Positions 45,951 to 59,580 of a stretch of 64,000 nucleotides of DNA are shown one piece after another. The number at the start of each line of letters is the position of its first letter. Within the stretch, counting starts at the first letter, position 1. A program made the position numbers and the translations under genes. The notes beneath the pieces are model-generated. The model worked only from the letters and a program-made list of their open reading frames with translations. It searched no databases and was not told where the DNA came from. This DNA is from the human T2T-CHM13v2.0 reference genome, Homo sapiens, in assembly GCF_009914755.1 (NCBI RefSeq), contig NC_060948.1; one strand, 5' to 3'.

Positions 45951-46086
45951 GTGGTACTCAGGAGGCCGAGGCAGGAGAATTGCTTGAACCCAGAAGGCAG
46001 AGGTTGCAGTGAGCCCAGATCTTGTCACTGCACTCTAGCCTGGGCAACAAAGCAAACCTGTCTCACAAAGTAAAAATAAAAAAAAG
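45951..46086 (+). mobile_element. 5'-truncated Alu (right arm) in the 3'UTR
   Basis: TSD aaa(a/g)ataatagtta at 45935-45948 and 46087-46100. Confidence 0.9.
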
Positions 46087-46962
46087 AAAGATAATAGTTA
46101 TTGCTTACCAAACCTTGCTTGCAAATCAAAAATTAAAATGTTATTTCTGTATCAGTTCGTGAGTACCACTAAAACAAAATGTTGATTTTGGGGGAGAGGT
46201 AGATCCTAACTTCCTCCATGAATTTTCTGAGGTATTTAAGATGAAAAGGAATTGTTTTTTCAAAGTAATTTCATAATTGTTAATGCTATTTGAAAACTCT
46301 CTCTTTAGATGATATGGCTGTATTAAAATTTTCAGAATAAAATTATACATGTAATGTGTAATGCCTGATTTTATGGCTACACGTGCTTAACAGCAAATTA
46401 AATGGGATATTAAATGGTGTGGTTTCTGTTGAAAAATTTTTTTGCAGCTTTGAATATAAATACATGCAAAAGTAGGCATAAATTACGTCTCCCTTGCAAG
46501 GTGCCCACATTTTCTAATTAGGCTGTGTTTCTCTTAAACACTTACAAGCTTTAAAAGCTTGAGAAGTATTCAGAAAGACTATGAAACTCTCTGCCTCACC
46601 ATAAAATGTTTATCATTCAGAGGAATCATGTAGATAAAAGGAAATAATTAGATATGGTTGGTACTAAAGTTTAAGACATCCAGAACCTTCTTCTTGAAGC
46701 CTTTCTGTCACTGATGGGGGATAATGGTGATGAAAACATTGTTTTCCAACTAAATAAAATCTGAACCAGCTATGTTTCCTAAATACATAGCTTAATGAAA
46801 TTAAGTGTTCCTAGTTTAAATAGTGGAAAATAAGTGTTTTTATGTGGGAGGTACTCATGTTAATTATCTCCTATAATATTTGACAATGGTTGTTGTAAGT
46901 AATGGTTTAGCAATAAGTTCTTACAAACAGAAATTATCTAGAAGGCTTGGGATTTTATCAGA

Positions 46963-47243
46963 TTTTTTTTTAGACAGAGTCTAGCTTTGTTGCCCAAACT
47001 GGGGTGCAGTGGCTGGATCTTGGCTCACTGTGACCACTACCTTCTGGGTTCGAGCTGTTTTCCTGCCTCAGCATCCCGAGTAACTGGGTTTACAGGTGTG
47101 TGCCACCACAGCTGGCTATTTTTTTTTTTTTTTTTTTTAGTACAGACAGCATTTCTCCATGTTGGCCAGTCTGGTCTTAAAATCCTCATTCACCTGCCTC
47201 TGCCTCCCAAAGTGCTAGGATTACATGTATGAGCCATCAGGCT
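46963..47243 (-). mobile_element. AluS
   Basis: Reverse-complement Alu. Confidence 0.9.
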
Positions 47244-47750
47244 CACACTATCAGATTTAAGTGAAGATACGAATAGGAATGCTTTAAACCTCATGGTTTT
47301 TGGAAACTGAAATGTGTAAAACATAAAACAACATCATAAAATTTCTGATAGGCAATTGTGTAAAGGTTTAAGATATCATCTAATGATAAAAATGAAAAGA
47401 TTTGGACCCAAATAAGTAAACCAATTAATTTTCCTGATCATACAACCTAAAGAAATGAAATAGATTAAGATCCAGTGTTTTACAGTCCACAATTCTTAAA
47501 ATTAATGGACTAATCTGTAAGGAGGATGTATTTTTATGAGAAAATTTTGATAAGATCATAATTTTTATAGGGTTAGTTTCCAAATAATTTTAAAGGGAGA
47601 AGTTACCAACTTTGATTCTCAAGTGAGTTATTTATGTTATGAAGTTGTGCTTTCATTCACCTATAATGTAGGATTGTAAGGATTAAATGAAAGGATACAA
47701 CTCCCTAGTCTTGTGTATCTTGACAGCAGCAGCACGAGAAACAGTGTCTG

Positions 47751-48080
47751 TCCAGGTAGGTGTGATGGCTTAGGTCTTCAATCCCAGCATTTTGGGTGGC
47801 TGAGATGGGAATATCGCTTCAACTCAGGAGTTTGAGACCAGCCTGGGCAACATGAAGAAATCTTGTCTGTATAAAATAGACAAAACATTGTTGGATGTAA
47901 TAGTCTATCAGTGTAGTCCCAGATCCTTGGGGGCTGAGGCAGGAAGATGGTTTGAGCCCATGAGGTCCAGGCTGCAGTGAGCCTGTTTTTTGCTCCACTG
48001 CATTTCAGCCTGCATAACAAAGCGAGACACTGTCAAAAAAAAAAAAAAAAAGAAAAAAGAAAAAAGAAAAACAAAAAAGA
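47751..48080 (+). mobile_element. AluJ
   Basis: Diverged dimer with A-rich tail. Confidence 0.88.
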
Positions 48081-48424
48081 CAAAGTGTCTATGATATTCT
48101 GTCCCTAGGATTTTTTAACTCAAATTATCTCCATGAGGCATTCTGTCATAATGATTAAAAAGTATGGGAAACTGAAGAGTAACCTGTAAGATACAATTTA
48201 TCAACCTTGGAATAGGGATTCTGTTTCAGTAAGTTATAATAAATTCTGAAAAGCCTTTATAAAACAAGAGTTAAATCCTTATTGCATCATTTTTCATAGG
48301 ACCATAATGCTGTTGAATGAATAATAGGATAATTTTTTATCATCTTCGTCCACAGACATTGCTTTGAGAAAATACCTGGACTTGGAGGTTTATAACAAAG
48401 ATTTCTTGTAATCCCAGAGGCTAA

Positions 48425-48800
<376 letters not shown>

Positions 48801-48802
48801 CA

Positions 48803-49135
<333 letters not shown>

Positions 49136-49767
49136 CACTTCCTGGATTTTAAACATCCCTCTTGCTGAGTCTGCACATGGTATAAGTGGCTTGGGAACTC
49201 TATAGTCTTTTAGGAGGGTGCTAATAACATTTAAGAGGGTGCTGTCATCCTGACCGGATTACTTCCCATCAAAGGCCCTTTTCCCCTTTCAGAAGGCAGC
49301 CAATTGACACTTCCACATGTTGAGCTTAAGGATGGTGGTGTGAGGTGGCAGTGATGATTTAATGAATTCTTTGGTTTGCAGTTTTTAATGCCTCCAGTGT
49401 TGTCATCAGGTATCAAAGGCATGAAGATGATTTTTTTAAATCGTTCATAATGCAGTCATCCAGCTTCAGATTACAAGGTTTGGGGACAATTGGGCAGTTT
49501 TAGTTTTCAGTGATGCTAAATCATGAAAGGGGGACACAATGTTGAAATTTTAGTTTGGAGAGTTGTAGCTATATGTTGGATAAAACAAGAATTGAAATTG
49601 TAGACTAATAAAATATGTAAGACAACTCACATGGGTGGTTTTAGTTTTCCATTGAAACAAAATTCTCTCTGCTGTTACTTCTCTTGACTCTTGTTCACAA
49701 AATAAGTCTGGTCTGACTAGATTTGTCCTCATTTTTTACCTAAGTACACTAAGAATTGTCATTGACC

Positions 49768-49774
<7 letters not shown>

Positions 49775-49827
<53 letters not shown>
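49775..49827. repeat. (TA)n microsatellite
   Basis: Directly visible. Confidence 0.95.
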
Positions 49828-49831
<4 letters not shown>

Positions 49832-49833
<2 letters not shown>

Positions 49834-50107
49834 TTTTAAATTAGAAACAGTGTCCGGCTTACTGCAGTCTCAACCTCATGGGCTCAAGTGATCCTCCAAC
49901 CTCAGCCTCCTGAGTAGCTGAGACCGTAGGCGCAAACCACCATATTTGGCTAATTTTGTATGTTATTTGTTTGCCTGTTTGTTTGATTTTGGAGATGGGG
50001 TTTTACCTTGTTGCCTAGGTTAGGCTTGAACTTCTGGGCTGAAGTGATTCTCCCACCCTTGTGTCCAAATGTGCTGGGATTACAGGTGTGAGCCACCATG
50101 CTTAGCC
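49832..50107 (-). mobile_element. AluJ
   Basis: Reverse-complement diverged Alu. Confidence 0.85.
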
Positions 50108-50387
50108 ACAGAGTCCTTTCCAGTTTACTTTGTCAGAACTTTATACAATTAGTTTCAGATTATACTTCTTAAAGCTGCCTAGTTATCTCTGATTTTATGC
50201 AAATCATTCTTAAATATATTTGACATTTCAGACAAGGCTTTGTAAAAAAAAAAAAAAAAACGGGTTCTAATTAGGTTCTGTTGAAAGGAGAACGCATTCT
50301 TACTGAACTTCAGAAATGACTCAATTGCCATATAAATGTTTATAAAATCTTAAATGTCCAGTGAACATAACACAGCTTAACTAGTAA

Positions 50388-50722
<335 letters not shown>

Positions 50723-51919
50723 CCACAAATATCTTTTTATATTTAATAATAACAACAAATTGTAATATGTAGCTGTTTGTATTAAACAATTTTAAACTAG
50801 TCTTATTTACTAAATATTTCCATGAGTCATGTGAACTTGAATATATATTTCTAGGATTATTAGGAGTATGTAATTCACAATAGTGATCATATGTCTCTAA
50901 GCCAATTTGAATAGCACCCTTTTAAGTGATATTAAAAATTAACTTGGTAATAATATCCAGAGCTAGAAATATATCACACACATATAGCATATAGCCATGA
51001 AAATATAGATAGAGGAAAACAGATTTTAGAGATCACCTAAAATTTAGTCATGAATGAGGCAATAGAGTAATATAAAACTCACTGGGTTTATATCCATTTT
51101 ATATTGTATCTAAATTGTTCTTCTGGCAAATGAGACAAGGTCGCCTATTCAATAGGAGGTCTAATACCTTTTGTCTGTATTGGCGAAGAAGACTTTTATG
51201 AGACTATTTTGTCCTAATATTGTATCTGTGGAGCCAGAGGACTATATTTTAGGCACAGAATATATCTAGTTCCAGTCTGCACATCTCCAAAGGCTGGGGA
51301 GATACAATACTCAATCTCTTCTAATTAGCCATTTTTTCATTTCAACTTCAGGCCAATAATTTCTTGGAGGGTAGAGAAGATACTGAAGTCCCTCAAGAGC
51401 TTCTGATTTAGTCAGCCTAAATTTCTGTTGACTTTAGAAGTTGAAAGGCTGAAATAGGAAGGAATAGGTTTGTTTAGGGGTAGATAGAAGAATGGATGAT
51501 GAGAGGTTTGAAGGAGGATATGTCAAAGAATTCAAGGAAGGTAAAAGGAAGATTGAAGGTGGTGAGAGGAGAAACAAGAAACATGAGTAATAAGAAGGAA
51601 GACATCAAAGAGGCACCAGTATAGGGAGATGTTAAGTTTCTCAAAGATCTTTGAAGTTCCAAATTGTCCTTGAAAAATGCATACCAACAACAAGTTATGC
51701 AGAGTAAGCAAAGCCTAAAGTCTACAAGGGTTCAAGAAAGTGGGTTATGGTTGGCAATGAGACTTCCATGGGAGAGACAAGAATCCAAGTAAAGAAGAGA
51801 GAGGTGTCAAAGAGTTTCAGTGGATATTAGAGACAGAGATAGTGAGATAGAAAGATAGATAGAGATAGAGATAGAGTTAGATAGAGATAGAGGTGGATTA
51901 AGATAGAGATAAACTTCCT

Positions 51920-54240
51920 GACAGCCCAGAAAGATGGGAAAATTCCTGTTAAGGAAAAAAAGGTCTCCAACATAGCAAATCAGGAAATAATCTCCACTCA
52001 GGAAAGAGGCTAGAAAAAAGGGGACCCAGTCAATGGAGTCAGGGAAAACCCCACTCAGGGAGTAGCCAGAAAAAAAAGATGGTTAGCATAGAGAATCAGG
52101 GAAAAATTCTTACTTAAGAATAGACATCCAGGAGGAAAATTCAAGCCAAAAATATCAGAGAATGAGCCCCTCTTAGGAAGAAGGGTACACAACACAGAAC
52201 ATACAGGAATAATCTCAAACATGAAGCAAAGCTGACAAAAAAAGAGTTGCAGACTTGGAAATCAGGAAACAATTTCCAGTCAGATTAGAGAGCAAGGCAA
52301 GAGAGACTTGCAACCCCAGGGAGTCAGGGAATAAACATAAGAAAAATTATAACCTGGGAAAAGAAAATGTCACACTAGGAGACAGGGAATAATACCCAAT
52401 AAAGAAAAAGAGCCAGGAAGATGAGATTTCCAACTAACGTATCAGGAAATAATCTTCAGAAAATTGGAATAATCTGTAATAAGGGAAGAACAAGTTAAGA
52501 AAAACAAAACAAAATAAGAAAATGTCTATCTCCTGGAGTCAGACAGTAATCTCTAGTAAGGGAAACACCAGGAGGAAAATACTTTCTGCACATTAGGAAT
52601 AAATGCCACTCGGGAAAGACAGAGCCAATAAGAAGGAACTCCTACCTAAGAAAGTTAGAATAATCATTATTATTTTTTAAAGAGAGAGAAGTAAGGATTT
52701 TAAATGAACTAATGTTATAATCTTTATCAGGAAATAGAGTCATAAAGAAGAATATTGAGCCCAAATGTCAGATAAAAATTTGAAATCAGAAAAAAGAGTG
52801 AGGGAAGACAAACTTCTATCCCAGGGAGCCAGGAAATAATCTTCAATCATGAAAAGAAGTAGAAAAACAATCTTTCACCAGAGAGCTCATTTAATATTTA
52901 TCTCAGAGAAAAGAACAAAGGGAAAAAAAAAGAAGTTCAGTCCAAGGATTCAGAGAATAATACTAATTTAGGACAGGGAACCAAGAAGAAGTGACTATGA
53001 ACTCAGAATCACATGAGAATTATTCTCACTTAGGAGAGAGAGACAATCTAGTAGTCAGAAAAAATGTTACCCATTAACAAAGAGAACAGAAAGAAGAGAT
53101 GTCTATCCAGAGAGTCAGAAAAGAGAGCTAATAAGTGACTTACAGCTCAGGTGCCAGGGAATAAACTCCATTTCATAAGAGAGCAAGAACGAAGGTCTTT
53201 CAAATCAAAAAGTGAGAGAATAATTGTTACTCAAGGAAGAGATCTGGAAAGACATGACGTCCAATCAGGAAAATAATTTCTTTTATGAAACAGAGCCAGG
53301 AAAAACAGGTTTTCACTCCAGGAGTGAGGAAATCTCTACACAGGAAATAGACCCAGGAATTTTTTTTTCCTGCTTAGCAAATAAGGCCAGAAATTTCCAC
53401 ACCAGGAGTCCAGGGAAAAGTCTTCAATCAGAAAAACAATCCAGAGGAAGAATAAGAAGAATTTTCTACCCCAGGAGGCATGGAATACATCACATTGAAG
53501 TACAATAGTCAGAAAAATAGAATACTATGCCAGAAATTGGGGAATAATTTCTATTCAGATGAGACATCCACTAAAAAGATATTTCTATCCCGTAAAGTCT
53601 GGGATTAATCACCAATAAAACAACAACAACAAAAAGATATGATGTTTAGCACAGAGTCAGAGAATAATCCCTATTAGGTAAGCATAGAAAAGGTAGAAGA
53701 GATTTTCACTCCAGGAGTCGGGGAGTAATTCCTACCAAGAGGTGATAGCAAAAAAAATGAAAAATAAAAAATAAAAAAAACACACACACACTTTAAGCTC
53801 AGAAAGTTAGGGAATAATCCCTGTTGTGAAAACAAAGCAAGAGAAAAAACAAAAAGCTTTTATCCTATGAAGTAAGAAAATAATTCCCTGCTCAGGGATA
53901 TCAGGAAGTCAGGATTTCCTGACTTAAGCCCAGTCAGCCAGAAAATAATTTCTACTAGCAGGGGAGTCAGGAAGAATAGATATCCAACCTAAATGCAAGG
54001 AAATGGGTTTCCTATAAAGAAAGACAGCCATGAAGAAGAATGTTCCAGATTAGGAGTAAAGGACTAATGTTCACTGAAGAAAAAAAAAAAAAAGAGTTAA
54101 ATAGAGCTGACTTTCACACCAGGCTTGGGAGAAACGTTTTGCATGCTTGGGAGAAAAAATACATTCCCCTCTTAAAAAAGAGTGCCAGGATGAAGAGAAT
54201 TACAGCCCAGCGGAGTTGTAACTAAGGTTGTATTCCCTAC
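51920..54240. repeat. Degenerate ~60-bp purine-rich tandem array
   Basis: Recurrent unit approximately CCCAGGAGTCAGGGAATAATCCCCACTCAGGAAAGAGAGCCAGGAAGAAGAGACTTCCAG, at about 60-bp spacing. Confidence 0.8.
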
Positions 54241-54299
54241 TCTAAAGAAACAAACAAACAAAGAATACAGCTTGTGGAGCCTAAAGGGAAGGACATCAA

Positions 54300-56215
54300 T
54301 CCCCCGGCCTTCTTCCCTGGCTTCCTTCAGTGATTAGGGAAAGCCTATTTTCTCTCCCTGGAAAGAGGTTTAAAGTCTTCAGGAGCAAGAAGAAAGGTCT
54401 CAGCACTTCCAGTCCCTTCTTCCCTAGTGTGCTTTAGTAATATATCTCTGAAATCTCTCCCTGGAAGGAGGCTAGAAAAATACTACTGAAAGACTAAATG
54501 AGAATAATGACAATCACTGTGCCGTCTTTCACTTCCTTCAGTGATTTCTGCAATTATTCTCTCAAAGTAGGCTGGAGACAGACCTCTATGAGCCAAACAG
54601 AGACAGACATCACTCCCTAAGACATTCTTCCTGACTTGCTCCGGCAAAATTCCCTGCAGTCTCTGTCTGGAAGGAGGCAGAGAGTCAGAATACTTCCAAG
54701 CCTAAATGAGAAGAACAGCACTTCCCACACTCACTTCCCTGGCTTGCTCTAATAGCAGATTTCTGCCATCACTCGCCAGAGAAAATCAGGCAGTTAGATC
54801 TCTGAAATCCTGAATGGAAGAGGTAGCACTCCCCTTCTGTCACCAGACATAGCAAGCTTGCTTCACAGGCTTGTTCTAGCAATAAATCCCTCCTGCTATT
54901 CTCCCTGGACAGATTTTTGGTGAAGTATAAATGTGACAGTGAACCCCTCTCAGGCCTTCTTGCTTTCTTCTCTGCCTTGCCACAGCAAGAAATCTGCCTT
55001 GCAGGTTCTTCCTGGAAGAAGCTTGTGCGACTTTGGCAATGCAGAAGGAGAAAGCAGGCAGTCTGCACTACCTTCTCCCTGGCTTGCTCTGGTGAGAAAT
55101 CAATGTCTGTAGAACCTCCCTGGAAGTAGCTTCTGCATACATCATGCATCACAAATTTTACAGCCTGTATCTAAGGGACTGTCCTAAATTGTCTACTTCT
55201 GGAAGTGAATGGGACTCTGTATTCTGAGTCTCCTATATCACAGAGAACAAGATTGTCAAAGTTGTAAATATTCAGTGGCTATCTGTCCAGATTCAGAGTG
55301 AGCATAACGAATGACTGTACAGGTGTCAGTCATGGACACTATTCTTGGCATAAGGCAGAACTAGTTGGACATAAACTCTGAATCTAAGCTTGTCCACAAG
55401 CAATATACATCTAATCCCAAAACCTTTTACCTGCATATCATGGGGCTGGCTACTATCTTGCCTGTGTCAAAGGAATAGTATGATTTCACACATACTACAA
55501 TCGAGGGGGGCATAAGAAGAAAGACAGTGAGTTGGACAATCACAGAATTGAGAAGCACCTGGAATCCCTGGTTGCACTGATAAGGAAATGAAATTTCCTA
55601 CGTAGGATGAGTTAAGGACAACAGAGAAAGATGGTTGTCTTCACTGACTTGCAGAAACCAACTCATAGTCAAGAAAAATGGGGCTGGTGGTAGTGGTTAC
55701 AGGAGGGCAGGGCAGTGAGGGAGTGCAGTGGAGAGGAAAATATGTTCTGAGGTAAAGAACAAAAGAAATAAACAGAACTGGACTCTGATAAAATGAAAGT
55801 ATGTAATGTCCCTGACAGGGAAATCAAAACAGAAAGCTCTAAGGTATTACCAGAAGTCTGGACAGTAATGCATTTAAAAACTGAGAAGTTTAACAAAGAG
55901 GTAGAAAATATTTCAAGGTATCAAACAGAAATCAAAGAAGTGAAAAATACAGGAAGCTACATCAAAAATTAAATAGAGGGACCGAACAGTAAACTGGATC
56001 AAGCAGAATAAAGGATAAGCAAAATTAAGCCAAGTCTTTGAAAATAATCAAATTGGAGGATAAAAATGAAAGAGAAAAATAAGGAATCATGAAGACAGCA
56101 TAAGGAACTTATGGAACATTATGAAGCAGGATGATAACATATGGAATACTATAAGGAGATAATAATGATAAAAGGAGAGAAAAATAACTGACATATATTT
56201 TTAAACAAATAAATA
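54300..56215 (+). mobile_element. Old L1M 5' end: ~110-bp monomer repeats (54300-55130) followed by ORF1 remnant
   Basis: Repeated cttccctggcttgctc...ctccctggaag. Downstream ORF1-like cctgacagggaaatcaaaa, ctggatcaagcagaa and aggaacttatggaaca. Confidence 0.55.
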
Positions 56216-56218
56216 AAA

Positions 56219-56535
<317 letters not shown>

Positions 56536-56549
56536 AATAACGAAAGGAT

Positions 56550-57745
56550 AAAGATGGCTGCTAGAGTCACTGAAGACTCACCTTGTCCACAAAGAAGGTC
56601 TGAAATAGCAAATAGATAACTATGCATTGAATCGAACATCTTTGGGAGAAGGCTGGAATTCAGCAGGGAAGTGACAGTGACTCTCTAAGACATGAAAACT
56701 GGGGATGGCAGCAGTATAGAGAGGGACCAAAGCAGCCAGCTGGAATTGGCTCAAAACCAAAAGGAATTCTCCACTGTGGGAGAAAGAAAGACTGCATTTG
56801 CAATCCTAGATGCAGAGAATCCCCTTGGCCCTGTGAGGACAGATCCTAAGCCTAATAACAGAGACCTGCCTGACGTCCACACAACTACACTGTCCCAGAG
56901 AGGGAACTCATGCAAGACCCGGTGCCCACAGAGGCCCACCCTGCTGGTGCATGGCCCAGTATTGAGGGTGATATTGAGCAAAAGGCTGTCTAGAACCTAC
57001 ATCAGAGAGCCTTTTGCCCAGGGGTCCAATATCCCCTGCATCTCCGTGTCTTGGGTCCTTGCTGACATGCCCTCTTGTCCACCCAGAGGCCTCAGTGTCA
57101 TGATGTCAGCTGGATGCAGCAATGTGGTTGGGTCCATGGTGATGGAAATCATGCAGCATCCTATACCCCAGGGAATAGGCATTCCAGCATATTTGAGTGG
57201 CTGCGTCAAAACATAGGGAACAAAAATGTGTGATCCATAGAACGTGGGAAATACCTGCCTGAGGATGCTGCCACTGAGGCACCAACTTCTCCCAGCCCCT
57301 CAGCAGCAAGACAACCACACACCTGTAAGTGTCATGTCAGGTCCCACAACCCAGATCCTAAGCTGCTACTGCCAATATAGCCACCCACATGTACCACATG
57401 AGGGACTCAAGACTGACCCACCTAGCCCACAGGCACCACACTGGGGCCCTTCCATGCTGCCTGGGACCCCTAGGACTTACCTGTCCAATGCAGCTGCCAC
57501 AGCTGCTGTCTACTGATGCTACCCAGGAGCCTGAATACAGGCCTACTCAGTACACCAAACCCCAGCAAAGTCTCACCCCAGGCTCTTAAAACAACTAAAA
57601 TCTAAGCCATTAAGGCACCCTCATACATTTCTGATATTGAGTATAGCTAAAGAAATAATACGAAGACCATGCTATGCTACTTACCCAGAAGCAAAGTCAA
57701 AGTACTCTGCCCAATCAACATTATAGATGCATGTACAGGGAATAG
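56550..57745 (+). mobile_element. L1MA/L1M 5'UTR fragment
   Basis: Begins with YY1 motif aagatggct; ctggaattcagcagggaagtgaca; C-rich UTR repeats. Confidence 0.6.
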
Positions 57746-58562
57746 TTTTGTTCCAGTGCTTTCTTTTAAGCTTCAGATAATATTCTCACATGGATATGCA
57801 GATTAACAGCCAGCAGAAGGCCTGCATGAACTCTTTTGCCTCTCTGGGGTTTTCTTTTTGTGTAAGTCCTCTTTTATTTTCTGGCATTTTGTTCTACAGA
57901 TTCTAGCTTTCTTGATATAGTTGAACTCTGATTTTAGTCTTCTCAATCTAGTAACACCCCCTAAGTTATGGCCTGGTGATAAGTAGGGTTCATCCTTACA
58001 CTGTCTTTGTTCATCTTTTCTGAGAAATTATTGTTTGGTGCTGCCTGGAATTGAATGTAGAAAAATCTTTGGTTCATATTTCTGTCTAGTTTTGTGGTTA
58101 TTTAACCTGGGAGGGTAAATATGGTCCCTGCTACCTCATTATGGTTAGGGGCGTAACAGGACCATGGAAGGCTTTCAGAAGTCATTTTTGAAGACACAAC
58201 GCAAATTCGGTTTGCATAATGAACTTAGATAAAATACAGCCAAGAAAATAATGTTAGCAGAAACCAGGCCTTACAGAAATCTTTTTAGCGAGTTATTATG
58301 CTCAGACTTAAAAGAATAAAAAAAACCAGACCAACGGGTAAAATATACATATTCTAACTTTAATCTGGGGTATTAGAATTATTCAGACAGTTGTGCAAAT
58401 AAAATTCAAATATAGTTGAAACATTTGTATAAGCTGGTCTATATACTACTTTCTGTGTGGAAAGAATACATACGGATACAAATTTCAGAAAGAACATAAA
58501 AACTGGCATACTATGTTTTCAAAAAAAACCAGCATATTATGTTTTCAAAAAAACCCACATTT

Positions 58563-58848
58563 ATTTTACTGTATTTTCCTTTTTTGGAAACAGATTCTGG
58601 ATCTCTGGCCCACGCTGGAGTGCAATGGCGCAATTTTGGCTCTCTGAAACCTCCGCCTCCTGGAGGTGATCCTCCTGCCTCCCGAGTAGCCGGGACTACA
58701 GGCATACGCCACCAGACCTGCCAAAGTTGTTTGGTATTGTTAGTAAAGATGGGCTTTCGCCATGTTAGCCAGGCTGGTCTCATTTGAGATACACGTGCCT
58801 CAGCCTCCTAAAGTGCTAGGATTACAGGCGTGAGCCACCTTGCCTGGC
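58563..58848 (-). mobile_element. Alu (AluS/J)
   Basis: Reverse-complement Alu. Confidence 0.9.
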
Positions 58849-58907
58849 AAAAAAATAAAAATAAAAATAAAATAAAGATAAAAATAAAATAATAATAATA
58901 ATAATCC

Positions 58908-59249
58908 AGCAGGGCGCGGTGGCTCATGCCTGTAATCCCTGTCCTTTGGGAGGCCGAGGCGGGCGGATCACGAGGTCAGGAGATCGAGACCATCCTGGTT
59001 AACACGGTGAAACCCCGTCTATACTTAAAAAAAAAAAATACAAAAAATTAGCCAGGCGTAGTGGCGTGCGCCAGCAGTCCCAGCTAGTCGGGAGGCTGAG
59101 GCGGCAGAATAGCATGAACCTGGGAGGCGGAGCTTGCAGTGAGCAGAGGCATGCCACTGCATTCCAGCCTGAGCAACAGAGTGATACTCCGTCTCAAAAA
59201 CAAAAAAACAAAACAACAAAAAAAACTACCAAAAAAAAAAAAAAAAGAA
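58908..59249 (+). mobile_element. AluY
   Basis: gatcacgaggtcaggagatcgagaccatcc and gcggagcttgcagtgagc diagnostics. Confidence 0.95.
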
Positions 59250-59258
59250 AAATGTGGA

Positions 59259-59264
59259 TTTTTT

Positions 59265-59296
<32 letters not shown>

Positions 59297-59580
59297 CTTT
59301 TGAGACGGAGTCTGGCTCTGTCGCTCAGCCTGGAGTGCAGTGGCGTGTCTCAGCTCACTGCAAGCTCCGCCTCCCGGGTTCATGCCATTCTCCTGCCTCA
59401 GCTGCTCGAGTAGCTGGGAGTACAGGTGCCTGCCACCAGCCCAGCTAATTTTTTGTATTTTTAGTGGAGACGGGGTTTCACCGTGTTAGCCAGGATGGTC
59501 TCGATCTCCTGACCTTGTGATCTGCCCGCCTCGGCCTCCTAAAGTGTTGGGATTACCGGCGTGAGCCACTGTGCCTGGCC
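59259..59580 (-). mobile_element. AluY, tail-to-tail with the previous element
   Basis: ctgcaagctccgcctcccgggttca and ccgtgttagccaggatggtctcgatctc diagnostics. Confidence 0.95.

Noticed and set aside
49231-49422. Minus-strand ORF as a displaced RBMY exon
   Set aside because: The translation does not match the missing RBMY exons, and it overlaps LTR/ERV-like sequence.
51920-54240. CRISPR-like repeat-spacer appearance of the 60-bp array
   Set aside because: The context is primate. The whole unit is homologous and degenerate rather than identical repeats with unique spacers, and there are no cas genes.
56692-57216. 174-aa ORF
   Set aside because: It lies in a GC-richer L1 5'UTR remnant, has no recognisable domain and is consistent with a chance ORF.
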